Under the pieces are notes generated by a model. The model did not search any database. It was not told the DNA's origin and was given only the letters and a program-made list of their open reading frames with translations. A stretch of DNA of 64,000 bases from an uncultured Alphaproteobacteria bacterium (lineage in GTDB: Bacteria; Pseudomonadota; Alphaproteobacteria; Rhizobiales; Amorphaceae): positions 156,666 to 220,665 of the forward strand of contig CAVYVL010000005.1 of assembly GCA_963771975.1 (NCBI GenBank). The letters are read 5' to 3'. Made by a program: the position numbers and the translations under genes. Every line of letters starts with the position of its first letter. Position 1 is the stretch's first letter. Below, one piece after another: positions 43,289 to 54,260 of this stretch.

Positions 43289-44626
43289 ATGCCCTCCCCT
43301 CACATGTTCCAGCGCGCGGCCGCCGCTGATCTCCCGGTCGCCGTGGCGGGCGACGGCATCAACATCGTCACCGCTGACGGGCGGCGCATCATCGACGCGT
43401 GCTGCGGCGCGGCGGTCTCCTGCCTCGGCCACTCGGACCGGTCGGTGGCGGACGCGATCAAGGCGCAGGTCGACCGGCTGCCCTTCGCGCACACCGGCTC
43501 TTTCACGTCCGAGCCCGCCGAGCAGCTCGCCGCGATGCTGGTGGAGCGGGCGCCGGAGGGGATCGATCGCGTCTACTTCGTCTCCGGCGGCTCGGAGGCG
43601 GCCGAGGCGTCGATGAAGCTGGTGCGGCAGTATTTCCTGGAGAAGGGCGAGGATCGCTACCGCATCATCGCGCGGCGCCAGAGCTACCACGGCAACACGC
43701 TGGGTGCGCTCGCGGCCGGGGGCAACGCGTGGCGGCGCAAGCAGTTCGCCCCGCTGCTGACGGACGCCACCAGCCACATCGCCCCCTGCCACTACTGGCG
43801 CTTCGGCGAGCCGGGCGAGAGCGCCGAGGACTACGGCCAGCGCACCGCGAACGAGCTGGAGGCCGAGATCCTGCGCCTCGGCCCCGAGACCGTCGCGGCC
43901 TTCATGGCCGAGCCGGTGGTCGGCGCCACCATGGGCGCGGTCCCGGCCGTTCCCGGCTATTTCGCCCGCATCCGCGAGATCTGCGACAAATACGGGGTGC
44001 TCCTCATCCTGGACGAGGTGATGTGCGGGATGGGCCGCACCGGCCACCTCTTCGCGTCGGAGGCCGACGACGTGCGGCCCGACATCGTCCTCATCGCCAA
44101 GGGCCTCGGCGCCGGCTACCAGCCGCTCGGCGCCATGCTGGTGAGCGAGGACATCCACCAGACCATCGCCTCGGGGTCCGGTGCCTTCCAGCACGGCCAC
44201 ACCTACATGGGCCACCCGGTCGCCTGCGCCGCCGGCGTCGCCGTCCTCACCGCGTTCGAGGAGCGCGACCTCATCGCCAACGTGCGCGTGATGGGCGACC
44301 GGCTGCGCTCGTCGCTCGAGGCGCGGCTCGGCCAGCACCCCAACGTGGGTGACATCCGCGGGCGCGGCCTGTTCCTCGGCGTCGAGCTGGTGGCCGATCG
44401 CGACACCAAAGCCCCCCTCCCGCCGGAGGCGAAGACGCATGCCAAGATCAAAGCCGCCGCCCTTGCGCGCGACGTGATGGTCTACCCGATGGGCGGCATC
44501 ATCGACGGCGTGAGCGGCGACCACGTGATGCTGGCGCCGCCCTACATCGTCACCGAGGCGGAGGTGGAGGAGATCGCCGGGCGCGTCGCCGCCGCCGTCA
44601 ACGACGTGCTGCCCGCCGCCGCCTGA
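43289..44626 (+). CDS. Class III PLP-dependent aminotransferase
   Basis: AAVSCLGH, SGGSEA, QSYHGNTLG, EPVVG, LDEVMCGMGRTG, IAKGLGAGY and HGHTY. Confidence 0.93.
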   Translation: MPSPHMFQRAAAADLPVAVAGDGINIVTADGRRIIDACCGAAVSCLGHSDRSVADAIKAQVDRLPFAHTGSFTSEPAEQLAAMLVERAPEGIDRVYFVSGGSEAAEASMKLVRQYFLEKGEDRYRIIARRQSYHGNTLGALAAGGNAWRRKQFAPLLTDATSHIAPCHYWRFGEPGESAEDYGQRTANELEAEILRLGPETVAAFMAEPVVGATMGAVPAVPGYFARIREICDKYGVLLILDEVMCGMGRTGHLFASEADDVRPDIVLIAKGLGAGYQPLGAMLVSEDIHQTIASGSGAFQHGHTYMGHPVACAAGVAVLTAFEERDLIANVRVMGDRLRSSLEARLGQHPNVGDIRGRGLFLGVELVADRDTKAPLPPEAKTHAKIKAAALARDVMVYPMGGIIDGVSGDHVMLAPPYIVTEAEVEEIAGRVAAAVNDVLPAAA

Positions 44627-44774
44627 CCCGCACCCGCCAATGCGTTTCGCCGGCTGCGGGGCCGAGGGCGCGGCGCGCCGGCAGGAATAAACGGTGCGCG
44701 CATGCCTGGGCGAACCGCGCGGCATCTTCCCGCCCGGCGCCGTTCCTGCTTCATTGGGCGCGACGGAGGACGGC

Positions 44775-45533
44775 ATGACGACCATCGACCTGAACGCCGA
44801 TTGCGGCGAGAGCTTCGGCCCCTGGAACATGGGCGACGACGCGGCGATCCTGAAGATCGTGACGACGGCGAACATCGCCTGCGGCTTCCACGCCGGCGAC
44901 CCGGACACGATGGCGGCCACGCTGCAGATCGCCAAGGACAACGGCGTCGCCGTCGGCGCCCACCCGGGGTTCGACGACAAAGCCGGCTTCGGACGGCGTG
45001 TCCTGCCGATGGCACCCGAAGCGCTGACCCGCATGGTCGCCTACCAGATCGGCGCGTTCGTGGGCATGGCGGCGCTGGTCGGCGTGCCGGTACGGCACGT
45101 GAAGGCGCACGGTGCGCTCTCCAATTTCGCCTCCGCCAACCGCGATGCCGCGGACGCGATCGCCGCCGCGGTGAAGGCGGTGGATCCGTCGCTGACCCTC
45201 CTGGCGGTGGCTGCCACCGAGCTGGAACGGGCGGGCCTCGATGCCGGCCTCACCGTCGCGTCGGAAATCTTCGCCGACCGCGCCTACGAGCCCAACGGAC
45301 AGCTGATGTCGCGCGCCAAGCCCGGTTCCATCATCCACGATGCGGACACCGCCGCCGCGCGGACGGTCGAGATGATGAAGGCCCGCGCCATCATCGCCCA
45401 CGACGGCACCAAGGTGGCGACGCCGGTGCATTCCATCTGCGTGCATGGCGACAATCCGCACGCGGTGGGGGTCGCGGCGGCGGTGCGCGACGCGTTGGAG
45501 GCCGCCGGCATTCGCGTCACGGCCTTCGCATGA
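44775..45533 (+). CDS. pxpA: 5-oxoprolinase subunit A (LamB/YcsF)
   Basis: IDLNADCGESFG, NIACGFHAGD, GAHPG, HVKAHGAL, EIFADRAY and SICVHGD. Confidence 0.93.
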   Translation: MTTIDLNADCGESFGPWNMGDDAAILKIVTTANIACGFHAGDPDTMAATLQIAKDNGVAVGAHPGFDDKAGFGRRVLPMAPEALTRMVAYQIGAFVGMAALVGVPVRHVKAHGALSNFASANRDAADAIAAAVKAVDPSLTLLAVAATELERAGLDAGLTVASEIFADRAYEPNGQLMSRAKPGSIIHDADTAAARTVEMMKARAIIAHDGTKVATPVHSICVHGDNPHAVGVAAAVRDALEAAGIRVTAFA

Positions 45534-45546
45534 TGCGCCCGCGCTG

Positions 45547-46253
45547 ATGGGCTGGCTCGAGGGTGCCACGATCCGCCCCAGCGGCGAGGCGGCGTTCGTG
45601 ATCGAATACGGCGATGCGATCGACCAGGCCGTCGGCCAGCGCGTCGCGGCGCTCTTCGCGGCGCTGGAGACGGCCGCGCCGGAGGGCTTCGTCGAGGCGG
45701 TGCCGACCTTCCGCTCGCTGCTCGTGCTGTTCGACCCCGACATCACCACCCAGACCGCCATCCTCGCCGCGCTGCCGGACGAGGCCGCGGGTGCCGCTGC
45801 CGCGAGTGCGGAATGGATCGTCCCGGCCTGCTTCGACGCGGACGTCGCCGAGGACCTCGACGAAGCCGCCAAGGGCCTCGACATGCCACCCGATACGGTG
45901 CGCGAGCGGCTGGCGGCGAGCCATTATCAGGTCGGCATGTACGGTTTCGCGCCCGGCTACGCGTACCTGTCGGGCATCGACCAGACGTTGACGCTTGCCG
46001 CGCCGGCAAGAAGCCGCGCCCGCCGATCCCGGCCGGCAGCATCATCATCGCGGCGGGCATGGCGGTGCTCGCCTCCGTCTCGATGCCGACGGGGTGGTAC
46101 GTCGTCGGCCGCACCGCGCTCACCCTGTTCGACAAGGACGCGGACCCGATGGTGCCCTTCGCCGTCGGTGACCGGCTGACGTTCGAGCCGGTCTCCAGCG
46201 CGGAGCTGGCGCGCTTGGCGCGTGAGGGCGGCGGGATGCGGAGGGCCTCGTGA
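45547..46253 (+). CDS. pxpB: 5-oxoprolinase subunit B (KipI-like; frameshift near 46000)
   Basis: EAVPTFRSLLV.FDP and GFAPGYAYL, then PAGS...PTGWYVVGRT...GDRLTF in the shifted frame. Confidence 0.88.
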
Positions 46254-47232
46254 CGGGCGCCAGGATCCGGGTGGTCGACCCCAACCCGTTCATCACCGTG
46301 CAGGACGCGGGGCGGCGCGGGGCCATGCGCTACGGCGTTTCCGAATCCGGGCCGATGGACTGGGTGCGTTATCGCTTCGCCCGCCGCCTGGTCGATGCGC
46401 CGGCCGCGTTCGAGGTCGGCCTCGGCGGCGGCCGGTTCCAGGCCGAGGGGGTGGTTCGTGTCGCCGTCACCGGGCCGGGCTTCACCGTGCGCGTCGGCGA
46501 CGCGGCGCTGGTGCCGCCGGTGCGCCTCACCCTCGGCGACGGCGAGTCGATGACCCTGTCCCCCGGCCGCACCGGCATGTGGGCCTATGTGACGGTGGAG
46601 GGGATCGACTACGGCGCCCCGGTGCTGGGCTCCTACGCCACCAACGCGCGCACCGGCTTCGGGCGGCGCGATCTGGCCGCCGGCTTCGCCTGCGCCGCCG
46701 CCACGGCATCGGCGCCGGAGCTGTTCGACGACCCCTACGACGACGCCGGCCCGGTCGCGGTGCTGCCGGGGCCGCAGCAGCACATGTTTCCCGAGGAGAT
46801 CCGCGGAGCGCTTCGCAACCGAGCCGTTCCGACTGAGCGATAAGATCGACCGGATGGGCTACACGCTGGAGGGGCCGAAGGTGGAGGCCGTCAGCCATGA
46901 CATCGTCTCCGACGGGATCGTGGAAGGGGCGATGCAGGTGCCGGGCAACGGGCAGCCGATCGTCCAGCTCGCCGACCGCGCGCCGACCGGCGGCTACCCG
47001 AAGATCTGCGTCATCGCGGCGGCCGACCGCCCGCGCCTGGCGCAGCGCCGGCCCGGCGACGAGGTGCGCTTCCGCTGGGTCGACCTCGACGAAGCCGTCA
47101 CGGCGGCGCCATGCGGTGGTGAGCGCCATCGCCTCGCCCGCCCCGCGCATCCGCCGCGAGTTCGATACTGAACTCCTGGCACGGGTGAACCTCGTCGGCG
47201 GCGTGTGGGGCGAGGCGGAGAGCGCGAGCTAG
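46250..47232 (+). CDS. pxpC: 5-oxoprolinase subunit C (KipA-like; frameshifts near 46810-46840 and 47110)
   Basis: TVQDAGRRG..YGV..SGPMD, VLGS, PGPQ, DRMGY, GAMQVPGNGQPI and TGGYPKI. Confidence 0.88.
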
Positions 47233-47244
47233 CGTGGCCGCGGC

Positions 47245-49440
47245 TCAACGCGAAGCCACGCGGCGGGGCCGAGACGCGACGCCATGGGTGGTTTTGCGCC
47301 AGTGGTGCGGTTTGCGCACGATGTCGTGGATGGCGATCAGCACCGCGATGCCCATCAGCGTCCAATAGGCCGGGAACCACAGCACCGCCCAGGGACTGAT
47401 CGCTCCGCTCTTGCGCCGCTGGATGCTCTTGATGCCGAGGATGAAACTGGTGCCGTAGCCCACGGTCACGGCGAGCGTCTGCAGGCCCCCGAGCCATATG
47501 GAATTGCCGAAGAGGACCGGCTGGCCGATGAGCAGCAGGGCGAGCTGGGCCAGGAACGCGCAGTGAGCCAGCGCGGCCGTCAACGCGCCGAGGATGAAGG
47601 TGTGGAACACCAGCGTGTCGGCCGGGCCTGCCTCGCGCAGGAGCACGAGTGGCTGGCGATTGTGAACCAGCCACGTCTGGATGAAGCCCTTGAACCAGCG
47701 CGACCGTTGCTTGAGCCAGGCATTCACCGAAACCGGCGCCTCCTCCCAGGTGTGGGAGTCGATCATCGCGATGCGGTAGCCGTTGCGGCACAGGCGCACG
47801 GCGAGGTCCGCATCCTCGGTGACGTTGTAGGGGTCCCAGCCGCCGGCCTCGATCAGCGCGTCCGTGCGGAAGTGGTTGGAGGTGCCGCCGAGGAGCAGCA
47901 GGCGGCCCTCGGCCGCAACCATCGGCATGATGTGATCGAAGAGGCACGCGTACTCGATGGCGAACATCTTCGTCAGCCAGTTGTCGCTGAGGTGGTCGAT
48001 GGTCAGATGGGCCTGTACGGCGGCGAGATCGCCCGATGCGGCGGCGAACGTCTCGGCGGCGATGCGGAGCTGCCTGGGATCCGGCCGGTCCTCCGCGTCG
48101 AAGATCGTGACGAGGCTGCCGCGCGCCTGACGCAGCCCGACGTTGAGCGCTCGCGGTTTCGTCCGCGGCAAGCCGGCAGGGACGATGGTCACGCGGCACT
48201 TCATATCGCGCGCCTCGCGCATCACGGCGCGATGGGTGATCTCGTCGTCGGCCTCGACAAGAAACTGAATGTCGAGCTTGTCGGCCGGGTAGTCGAGCCG
48301 GAGGAGGGCGGCCACGAGGTGCTTGAGACCGTCGTCCTCCTTGTAGAGGGGGATGAGGATCGAATACTGCGGCAGCTCGCTGGCCTTCAGGCGGCGGCGG
48401 GGCAATGCGCTGGTTTCGTAGCCGGCGAGCGCCGCGGCCCGGGTCGCCGCGTACGCGATCAGCACCGCCGTCATCGTCACGGCCAACACCATCAGGGTCG
48501 CGAGAGGCTGAACCAAAAGCACGAAGAGGAGCGCCAATGCGGCGGTGCCGAGAACCACCGCTTGGCCCGGCGTCAGCACGCGATCGGCAAGGTCGCGATC
48601 CGCGATGCCGTGCAGCGGATCGAGCCGGCCGTGGCGCACGACCGGGCCGTGCTCGCTCAAGCTCTCGGCGACGGCCTGGGGCGGGACAATCGTCATCTGG
48701 TCCGCACGATCCGGTCGCTCGGCGATGAGCCCGGCCAGATGGGGCAGCCACGCGGGCGCCGGGACGATGGCGATATACGGTCGTCCGTCCCGATAGCCGC
48801 GCGCGACGATGCCGCCGTCTTTCGCGGTGACGTCCAGCGTCTGGCGCTCGGCGAGGGCGGCCAAACCCGGTCCGCGATCGAACGCGCAGCCGAGCCAGCG
48901 CGCGAGGGCGGCGTAGTAGTCGATGTCACGAAACGGCGGCGGATGGGACGCTGCCACGAGAGCGGCGCGCTTGACCGCCGATGGCCGACTGCCAATCGCG
49001 GCGAAGGCGGCGTCGAGACAGTCGCACGGTTCGGCGTGGACGACGGATGCGGCGATGCTGAGGAGTGACCCATGCCGGCGCGCGGCGCCGGGGGTGCGGT
49101 TGGCCGCGGCCAGGGCGAAGCAAGCCTCGCGTGCGCTGAGCGGGGCCAGAGGGCGGGGATTTCGCGGGACCGCGGCGCTCTCGACCGGGGGCTGGTGCGT
49201 GGCTGCCCGCCGCACGTTCGGGCGGGGCTTGCCAACGTCGGGCGCGGTGGGGCAGGGCAGACGCCTCGCTTCCGGCGACACCGCCGCCCGCTGCGTTGCT
49301 GCGCCGGGATCGGCCGGGGCTGGCCGAGTGTCCGGAGAGGATGCGCAATAGGCGTGATCCTCACCGCCGGAGCCTGCCGGTTCGCGCGCCGGATCCTCCG
49401 GCTGGGTCGCGGGGAAGGGGGGCAGCCGCGATCGGAACAC
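47245..49440 (-). CDS. Family 2 glycosyltransferase with TM helices (true start probably downstream of 49440)
   Basis: YSILIPLYKE, LDYP, RTKPRALN, FDAED, GGTSNHFR, WDPYNVTEDADL, QRSRW and WRKT.HG. Confidence 0.85.
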   Translation of the reverse strand: MFRSRLPPFPATQPEDPAREPAGSGGEDHAYCASSPDTRPAPADPGAATQRAAVSPEARRLPCPTAPDVGKPRPNVRRAATHQPPVESAAVPRNPRPLAPLSAREACFALAAANRTPGAARRHGSLLSIAASVVHAEPCDCLDAAFAAIGSRPSAVKRAALVAASHPPPFRDIDYYAALARWLGCAFDRGPGLAALAERQTLDVTAKDGGIVARGYRDGRPYIAIVPAPAWLPHLAGLIAERPDRADQMTIVPPQAVAESLSEHGPVVRHGRLDPLHGIADRDLADRVLTPGQAVVLGTAALALLFVLLVQPLATLMVLAVTMTAVLIAYAATRAAALAGYETSALPRRRLKASELPQYSILIPLYKEDDGLKHLVAALLRLDYPADKLDIQFLVEADDEITHRAVMREARDMKCRVTIVPAGLPRTKPRALNVGLRQARGSLVTIFDAEDRPDPRQLRIAAETFAAASGDLAAVQAHLTIDHLSDNWLTKMFAIEYACLFDHIMPMVAAEGRLLLLGGTSNHFRTDALIEAGGWDPYNVTEDADLAVRLCRNGYRIAMIDSHTWEEAPVSVNAWLKQRSRWFKGFIQTWLVHNRQPLVLLREAGPADTLVFHTFILGALTAALAHCAFLAQLALLLIGQPVLFGNSIWLGGLQTLAVTVGYGTSFILGIKSIQRRKSGAISPWAVLWFPAYWTLMGIAVLIAIHDIVRKPHHWRKTTHGVASRPRRVASR

Positions 49441-49521
49441 CGGATATGCGATCCCTGGTTGTGGATCGCTCCATTTAAGACCGTTTAGATTGAATCCGCA
49501 ACCAGAAGCACGCTTAAATTG

Positions 49522-50952
49522 TCATCGTTCGTCGCGTGAGCGCATGAACGCAAGCTGCAGCACGTTGGTCACGCCCGGAGTGTCGAACGGCACACCGGCG
49601 ACGGCAATCAAGCGGTCACCCGTTCGCCCCATCCCGGCATCGACGATGCGAGCGCCCGCCTCGGCAATGAAGTCCTCCAGGTCGTCGCTGGCTGTGGTGG
49701 AGATGGTGCTCACACCCCACACGAGGCCAAGGCGCCGCGCCGTATCGATGCGCGGGCAGAGCGCGAAGATCTGCGCGGCCGGCCGCTCGCGCGCGACACG
49801 GATCACCGTGGATCCGGATGACGTGTAGCAGGCGATGACCTTGATGCTCAGCGTCTCAGAGATTTGCCGGGCGGCGGCGGCGAGGGCGTCGGCGCCGGTG
49901 GCGTCGGGCTCCAGGCGCTGGGCGTTCAGGATGGTGCGGTAGGTCACGTCCGCCTCCACCGACCGGGCGACCCGGTCCATGGTGGCGACCGCCTCGACCG
50001 GGTATTGGCCGGCCGCCGATTCCGCTGACAGCATGACGGCGTCGACGCCTTCGTACACCGCGGTCGCGACGTCCGACACCTCGGCCCGTGTGGGGACTGG
50101 GGCGCTGATCATGCTTTCCAGCATTTGCGTCGCGACCACGACGGGTTTGCCGGCGCGGCGGGAGGCGCGCGTGATGCGCTTCTGCAGGCTCGGCACGTCC
50201 TGCAATGGCATCTCGACGCCGAGGTCGCCGCGCGCCACCATCAGCGCGTCGGACAGCTCGATGATCTCGTCGAGGCGCTCGATGGCCTGCGGCTTCTCGA
50301 TCTTGGCGAGGATGCCCGCGCGGCCGCGGGCGATCTTGCGCGCTTCGGCGAGATCGTCCGGCCGCTGGATGAAGGAAAGGGCCACCCAATCGACGTTCGC
50401 TTCCAGAACGGCGTCGAGATCGGAGCGGTCCTTGGGAGTCAGCGCGCCGACGGCGATCAGCGTGTCGGGACAGCTGACGCCCTTGCGATCCGACAGGCGC
50501 CCCCCGACGGTGACGACGGCGACCGCCCGGTCCGGCGATGCCTCGGTCACTTCGAGAGCGACCTTGCCATCATCGAGCAGCAGGCGGTGGCCGGGCTGCA
50601 GCGCGCGCAGGATCTCTGGATGCGGCAGATAAACCCGCGACTGGTCGCCGGGTTCGTCATTGGAATCGAGCGTGAAGCTGTCGCCGACGGCCAGCATGAT
50701 CGGCCCATCGTCGAACGTGCCGATGCGCAACTTCGGGCCCTGGAGGTCGGCCAGGATGGTGATCGGAGAGCCGGCGTCAGCCTCGACCGCGCGGATGCGG
50801 GAGACCAGAGAGCGCATCAGACCGTGGTCGGTATGGCTCATGTTGATCCGGAAGACGTCCGCTCCGGCACGGTGCAGTTCGGCGATCTGTTCCTGCTCTG
50901 ACGACGCCGGACCCAACGTTGCGACGACGCGGACTCGCCGCGCGCGTATCAT
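49522..50952 (-). CDS. pyk: Pyruvate kinase
   Basis: ATLGPAS, FRINMSH, DLQGPKLR, AKIEKP, MVARGDLGVE, ATQMLESM, PTRAEVSD and DAVMLSAE. Confidence 0.97.
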   Translation of the reverse strand: MIRARRVRVVATLGPASSEQEQIAELHRAGADVFRINMSHTDHGLMRSLVSRIRAVEADAGSPITILADLQGPKLRIGTFDDGPIMLAVGDSFTLDSNDEPGDQSRVYLPHPEILRALQPGHRLLLDDGKVALEVTEASPDRAVAVVTVGGRLSDRKGVSCPDTLIAVGALTPKDRSDLDAVLEANVDWVALSFIQRPDDLAEARKIARGRAGILAKIEKPQAIERLDEIIELSDALMVARGDLGVEMPLQDVPSLQKRITRASRRAGKPVVVATQMLESMISAPVPTRAEVSDVATAVYEGVDAVMLSAESAAGQYPVEAVATMDRVARSVEADVTYRTILNAQRLEPDATGADALAAAARQISETLSIKVIACYTSSGSTVIRVARERPAAQIFALCPRIDTARRLGLVWGVSTISTTASDDLEDFIAEAGARIVDAGMGRTGDRLIAVAGVPFDTPGVTNVLQLAFMRSRDER

Positions 50953-51407
50953 TGACCGCCGATGCCGGCTTTCGGCCGTTCGGTCAGCTGGACGGTCCAG
51001 GTTAGGCGATCTCCTGTATCGACTTCGACGAAGCCACGGCGTTCGTAGCCACGGGCGACGCAGTTGTTCGTGCCTTGAATAGTGAACTCTTTATCTGACG
51101 TGCACATAAAGGCTGTTCCTCCCCACGCACCGCCTTCTTCATAGTCGAGCGCGTAGAGGTAATAGTACCTGGAGGGGAGCGGACCGTCGACCACGACCTG
51201 GCAGGTTTCTGCGTCAAGGTTCCACCAGCCCTCGCTGACCCATTCTTCGTTGTTGCGATAGCCGACCGCGATTCCCACCTGCACGGGCGTCTTATTGCAG
51301 AGGCGGAGCTCGGCGGAGGCGTCAGTCGTGCCGGAGAATACGGCCGCGAAAGTCACGAGGAGGAGGACGAGCGGACCCGTCAGTACGCGGCGGGAGAGTC
51401 GGAACAT
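50949..51407 (-). CDS. DUF1036 family secreted protein
   Basis: LCNKT...IAVGY...WVSEGWWN...C, RYYYLYA, NCVARGY..RGF.EVDTG..WTVQLT; upstream of pyk as in other rhizobia. Confidence 0.9.
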   Translation of the reverse strand: MFRLSRRVLTGPLVLLLVTFAAVFSGTTDASAELRLCNKTPVQVGIAVGYRNNEEWVSEGWWNLDAETCQVVVDGPLPSRYYYLYALDYEEGGAWGGTAFMCTSDKEFTIQGTNNCVARGYERRGFVEVDTGDRLTWTVQLTERPKAGIGGQ

Positions 51408-52119
51408 CTGCAGCGAGCCGTCCTATTTTTCGTTCATCATAAACTTGTTCGCGGCGGCGTGACCGCGGTGTTCATGCGAGCTTGCTCGCGCCTTGTCAAT
51501 CGCAGGGGCGGGGCGCCAACGCTGACAGGCCAAGCGTTTAAGCCCGCGGGTTAGCCGTCCCGAATCGGTCCCGCAACTGAATGTTACTCGTAGATAGGGC
51601 ATCAGGCTTTCGCAGAGCTGATATTTCCACAGGGTTCTCTCATAATCCTTGACACTTGATTATCAGCAACATCGCAACTTAACGCTCCGCCGCGTGTCGA
51701 AAGAATGTTTCACCCCATTTTGTGTTCTCGGGATGGCTGAGAGAGTGGGGAGTAACATTTGCAAACTACATCTCTTCGATTCGGACAGGTCGCTGTGGTT
51801 CGCGCCAAACTGGGCGAGATATTTTGGGCTGACGCATATTTTGTAGCCCGCTGTATCATCTTTGCACCGCTCTGAAACCCACCCCGCGAACGATTGTCGG
51901 CTTCCGTGGCCGAGTCATGATCGGGGGCGCGATGCAAGCGATAATGGCATTTCGCTGCGGTTCTCCCCATCGGCGCGGCCTCGGCGCCACCGGCGTTAAG
52001 CCATCCGAAACTCTATGGCGACGAATTGAGCGGACAACGGGGACGAACCGACCGCGCCCGATTGATCGCGCGGGCGAGACGTCGAAACTCGTCCGGGTAA
52101 AATCAGTGGAGGTGGACCG

Positions 52120-52422
52120 ATGGTCAACGAAGGTGTGGCTGGCGATCAGCTGCGGGCGATCGTGGAGCGGATCGAACGTCTCGAGGAAGAGAAGCAGGGC
52201 ATCGCGGACGACATCAAGGACGTCTACGCGGAAGCCAAGGGCAATGGGTTCGACGTGAAGGTGCTGCGGCAGATCGTGCGCCTGCGCAAGCAGGAGCCGA
52301 ATGAGCGGACCGAGTTCGAGGCCATCCTCGATCTTTATATGCAGGCGCTCGGCATGCGCTTCACCGAAGAGGGTATCGAGCGGGCCGAGACGCGTGTGGC
52401 GCAGCAGGCCGAAGCCGCCTGA
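52120..52422 (+). CDS. gapR: DUF2312 / GapR nucleoid-associated DNA-binding protein
   Basis: [43 protein letters not shown]...[10 protein letters not shown]; strong GGAGG RBS. Confidence 0.9.
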   Translation: MVNEGVAGDQLRAIVERIERLEEEKQGIADDIKDVYAEAKGNGFDVKVLRQIVRLRKQEPNERTEFEAILDLYMQALGMRFTEEGIERAETRVAQQAEAA

Positions 52423-52480
52423 GCGTGACGCGCACGCCGCCGGGCCACCTCGGCGGCGCCCAGCCACACACAGGACAAAC

Positions 52481-52516
52481 AAAAACCCCGCGCAGTTTTC
52501 GCTGCGCGGGGTTTTC
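52481..52516. terminator. Bidirectional intrinsic terminator
   Basis: AAAACCCCGCGCAG-TTTTCG-CTGCGCGGGGTTTT between the convergent gapR and DUF882 genes. Confidence 0.85.
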
Positions 52517-52540
52517 TATGTGCGTTGAAGCCGGATCGCG

Positions 52541-54260
52541 TCAGGAGCGCGGGCTGGCGAAGACCGTCACGCGCGTGCCCGTGAACCGCTCCGTGTCCAG
52601 CCACTCGGCGCCGCCTTCGCCCAGCGACTTGCCAGCGCCGAGGAAGCCGGGGGCCAAAAGGACGCCATCGCTGGCGGCTTTCCGGCGGTCCGGCGCGACG
52701 AGGGTCGCGAACTCGAGGCCGGAGACGTCCGTCAGGTTGCCGATCAGCTCGGGCGAGGCGTCGGTCACGGGGGACATCAGCGCGTCCACGGCGTCGACGG
52801 TCAGCGCTGCGGGGAGCGGCTCGGCGGTGGGCGTGCTCGACTGCGCGGGCTCGGGTGCGGCAGGCGCGGCCGCGCCGACGTCCGACGGGCGCGGGATGAT
52901 CGCCGCGACGGCCGTTTGCGGCGATGCGTCGGCTGCGACGGTCTCGTCCCGAGCGTAGGCGAGGGTGGCGGCTGCCGTGGCCACCGGGTCGCGAGTCGGC
53001 GCGGTGGCCACTGCGGCGACGGCTTCGGCCACCGGGGTCGCCGCGCGCGGAGTGCGGACCGGGCGCTGCGGCGGCAGTGCGGCGACGACGATCGGCTGGT
53101 CCGCCTCAGGCTCTGCCGCGGCGGGCGCTGGCGAGGGCGCGGGCGGCGGGGTCGGCGCGGGGCCGCCGGCGGTCGCGACGGCGGTCAACGGATTGGATGG
53201 CAGCGCCACCGGTTGCACCGACGGGGTCTCCGTCTCTTCCGAGTCGCGCCTGGAGCGGCCGATCAAACCGCCGAGCGAAACGCTCGGGAGCTGCCGGAAG
53301 AGGCCGCCGGAGTCCGAGTCGCTCGACGCGGTTTCGGTGGCAGGCTCGCTGCGGGACGGCGCGGCGGGGCGCTGTGTCGGCGCGATGCGGGCCGACTCTA
53401 CGCTGGTCTGACGCACGCGGGCCGCGGCGACCTGCGTCGGGGCCGGCCTGCTGCGGCGCTGCGGCGCACGCTCGGTCTGGACCTCGTCGTCCGTTTCCTC
53501 GTCCGCCTCGCCCCCGAAGCCCGAGACGAGCGCTGCGAAGATGCCGCCACCGCTTCCGCCGCCGCCGCGAAGGTTCGTCAGCTTACCCTCTTTTTCGAGG
53601 CGCTGCGCTTCGGCGTAGCCGGAGAGGGGCTTGCCGTCGGCAGGGAGGTGCAGCGTCTTCCCGTTCGGGAAAATCGAGGCGAGCTGGCTGCGCGACATCC
53701 GCGGCCAGGCGCGGACACTGCCGGTGTCCATATGGACGAACGGGCTGCCGGACGTGGGATAGTAGCCGACACCGCCGACCTGACGCCGCATGCCCGCGGC
53801 CCGAAGCTTCGCGAGATTGGCGCCCTTGATGTAGAAGTCGATCGCGCGGCCGGCCATGTGCTGCGAGTTCTTCGCCACACCGCGGGAGCGGCGCCGCAGC
53901 ATTGAGTTCGTGGCCGGTGAGCGGTAGGCGGACACCACGTTGATGGTGCCGCCGAATTCCTGCTGCAGCTCCCAGAGGAGGTCGAACAGCTCGGGGTCCA
54001 TCTTGGTGGCTTCGTTGCGCCGCCAGTCCCGCAGGAAGCGGTTGAGGTCGCGCAGCGCCGGAGCCGACGTAGCTCCCGTTGCGCTTGTAGACGACCTCGA
54101 TACTCTCACGGGTGTGCGTGAAATAGAGCTTCAGGGTCCGCGAGGCGGCGTGTGCCTCTGGCACGCCGGATGCTGCGAACAGCAGGGACCCGAGGATTGC
54201 GGCGAAGCCCAGCGATCGAACGCGGGCCGCGCGGCGTGATTTGCTACCGCAACGGAACAT
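52541..54260 (-). CDS. DUF882 (YcbK/MepK-like, peptidase M15) protein with long low-complexity C-terminus (frameshift near 54070)
   Basis: RTLKLYFTHTRE, LNRFLRDWR, MDPELFD, SAYRSPATN, SQHM.G.A.DF, GGVGYYP and FVHMDTG.VRAW. Confidence 0.88.

Noticed and set aside
49474-49488. Possible CtrA site upstream of the GT2 gene
   Set aside because: The spacing is N6, or two mismatches are needed, so it is too weak to call.
51746-51760. GGGGAGTAAC as a yybP-ykoY riboswitch core
   Set aside because: The other conserved elements are not evident and the downstream gene (gapR) is an implausible target.
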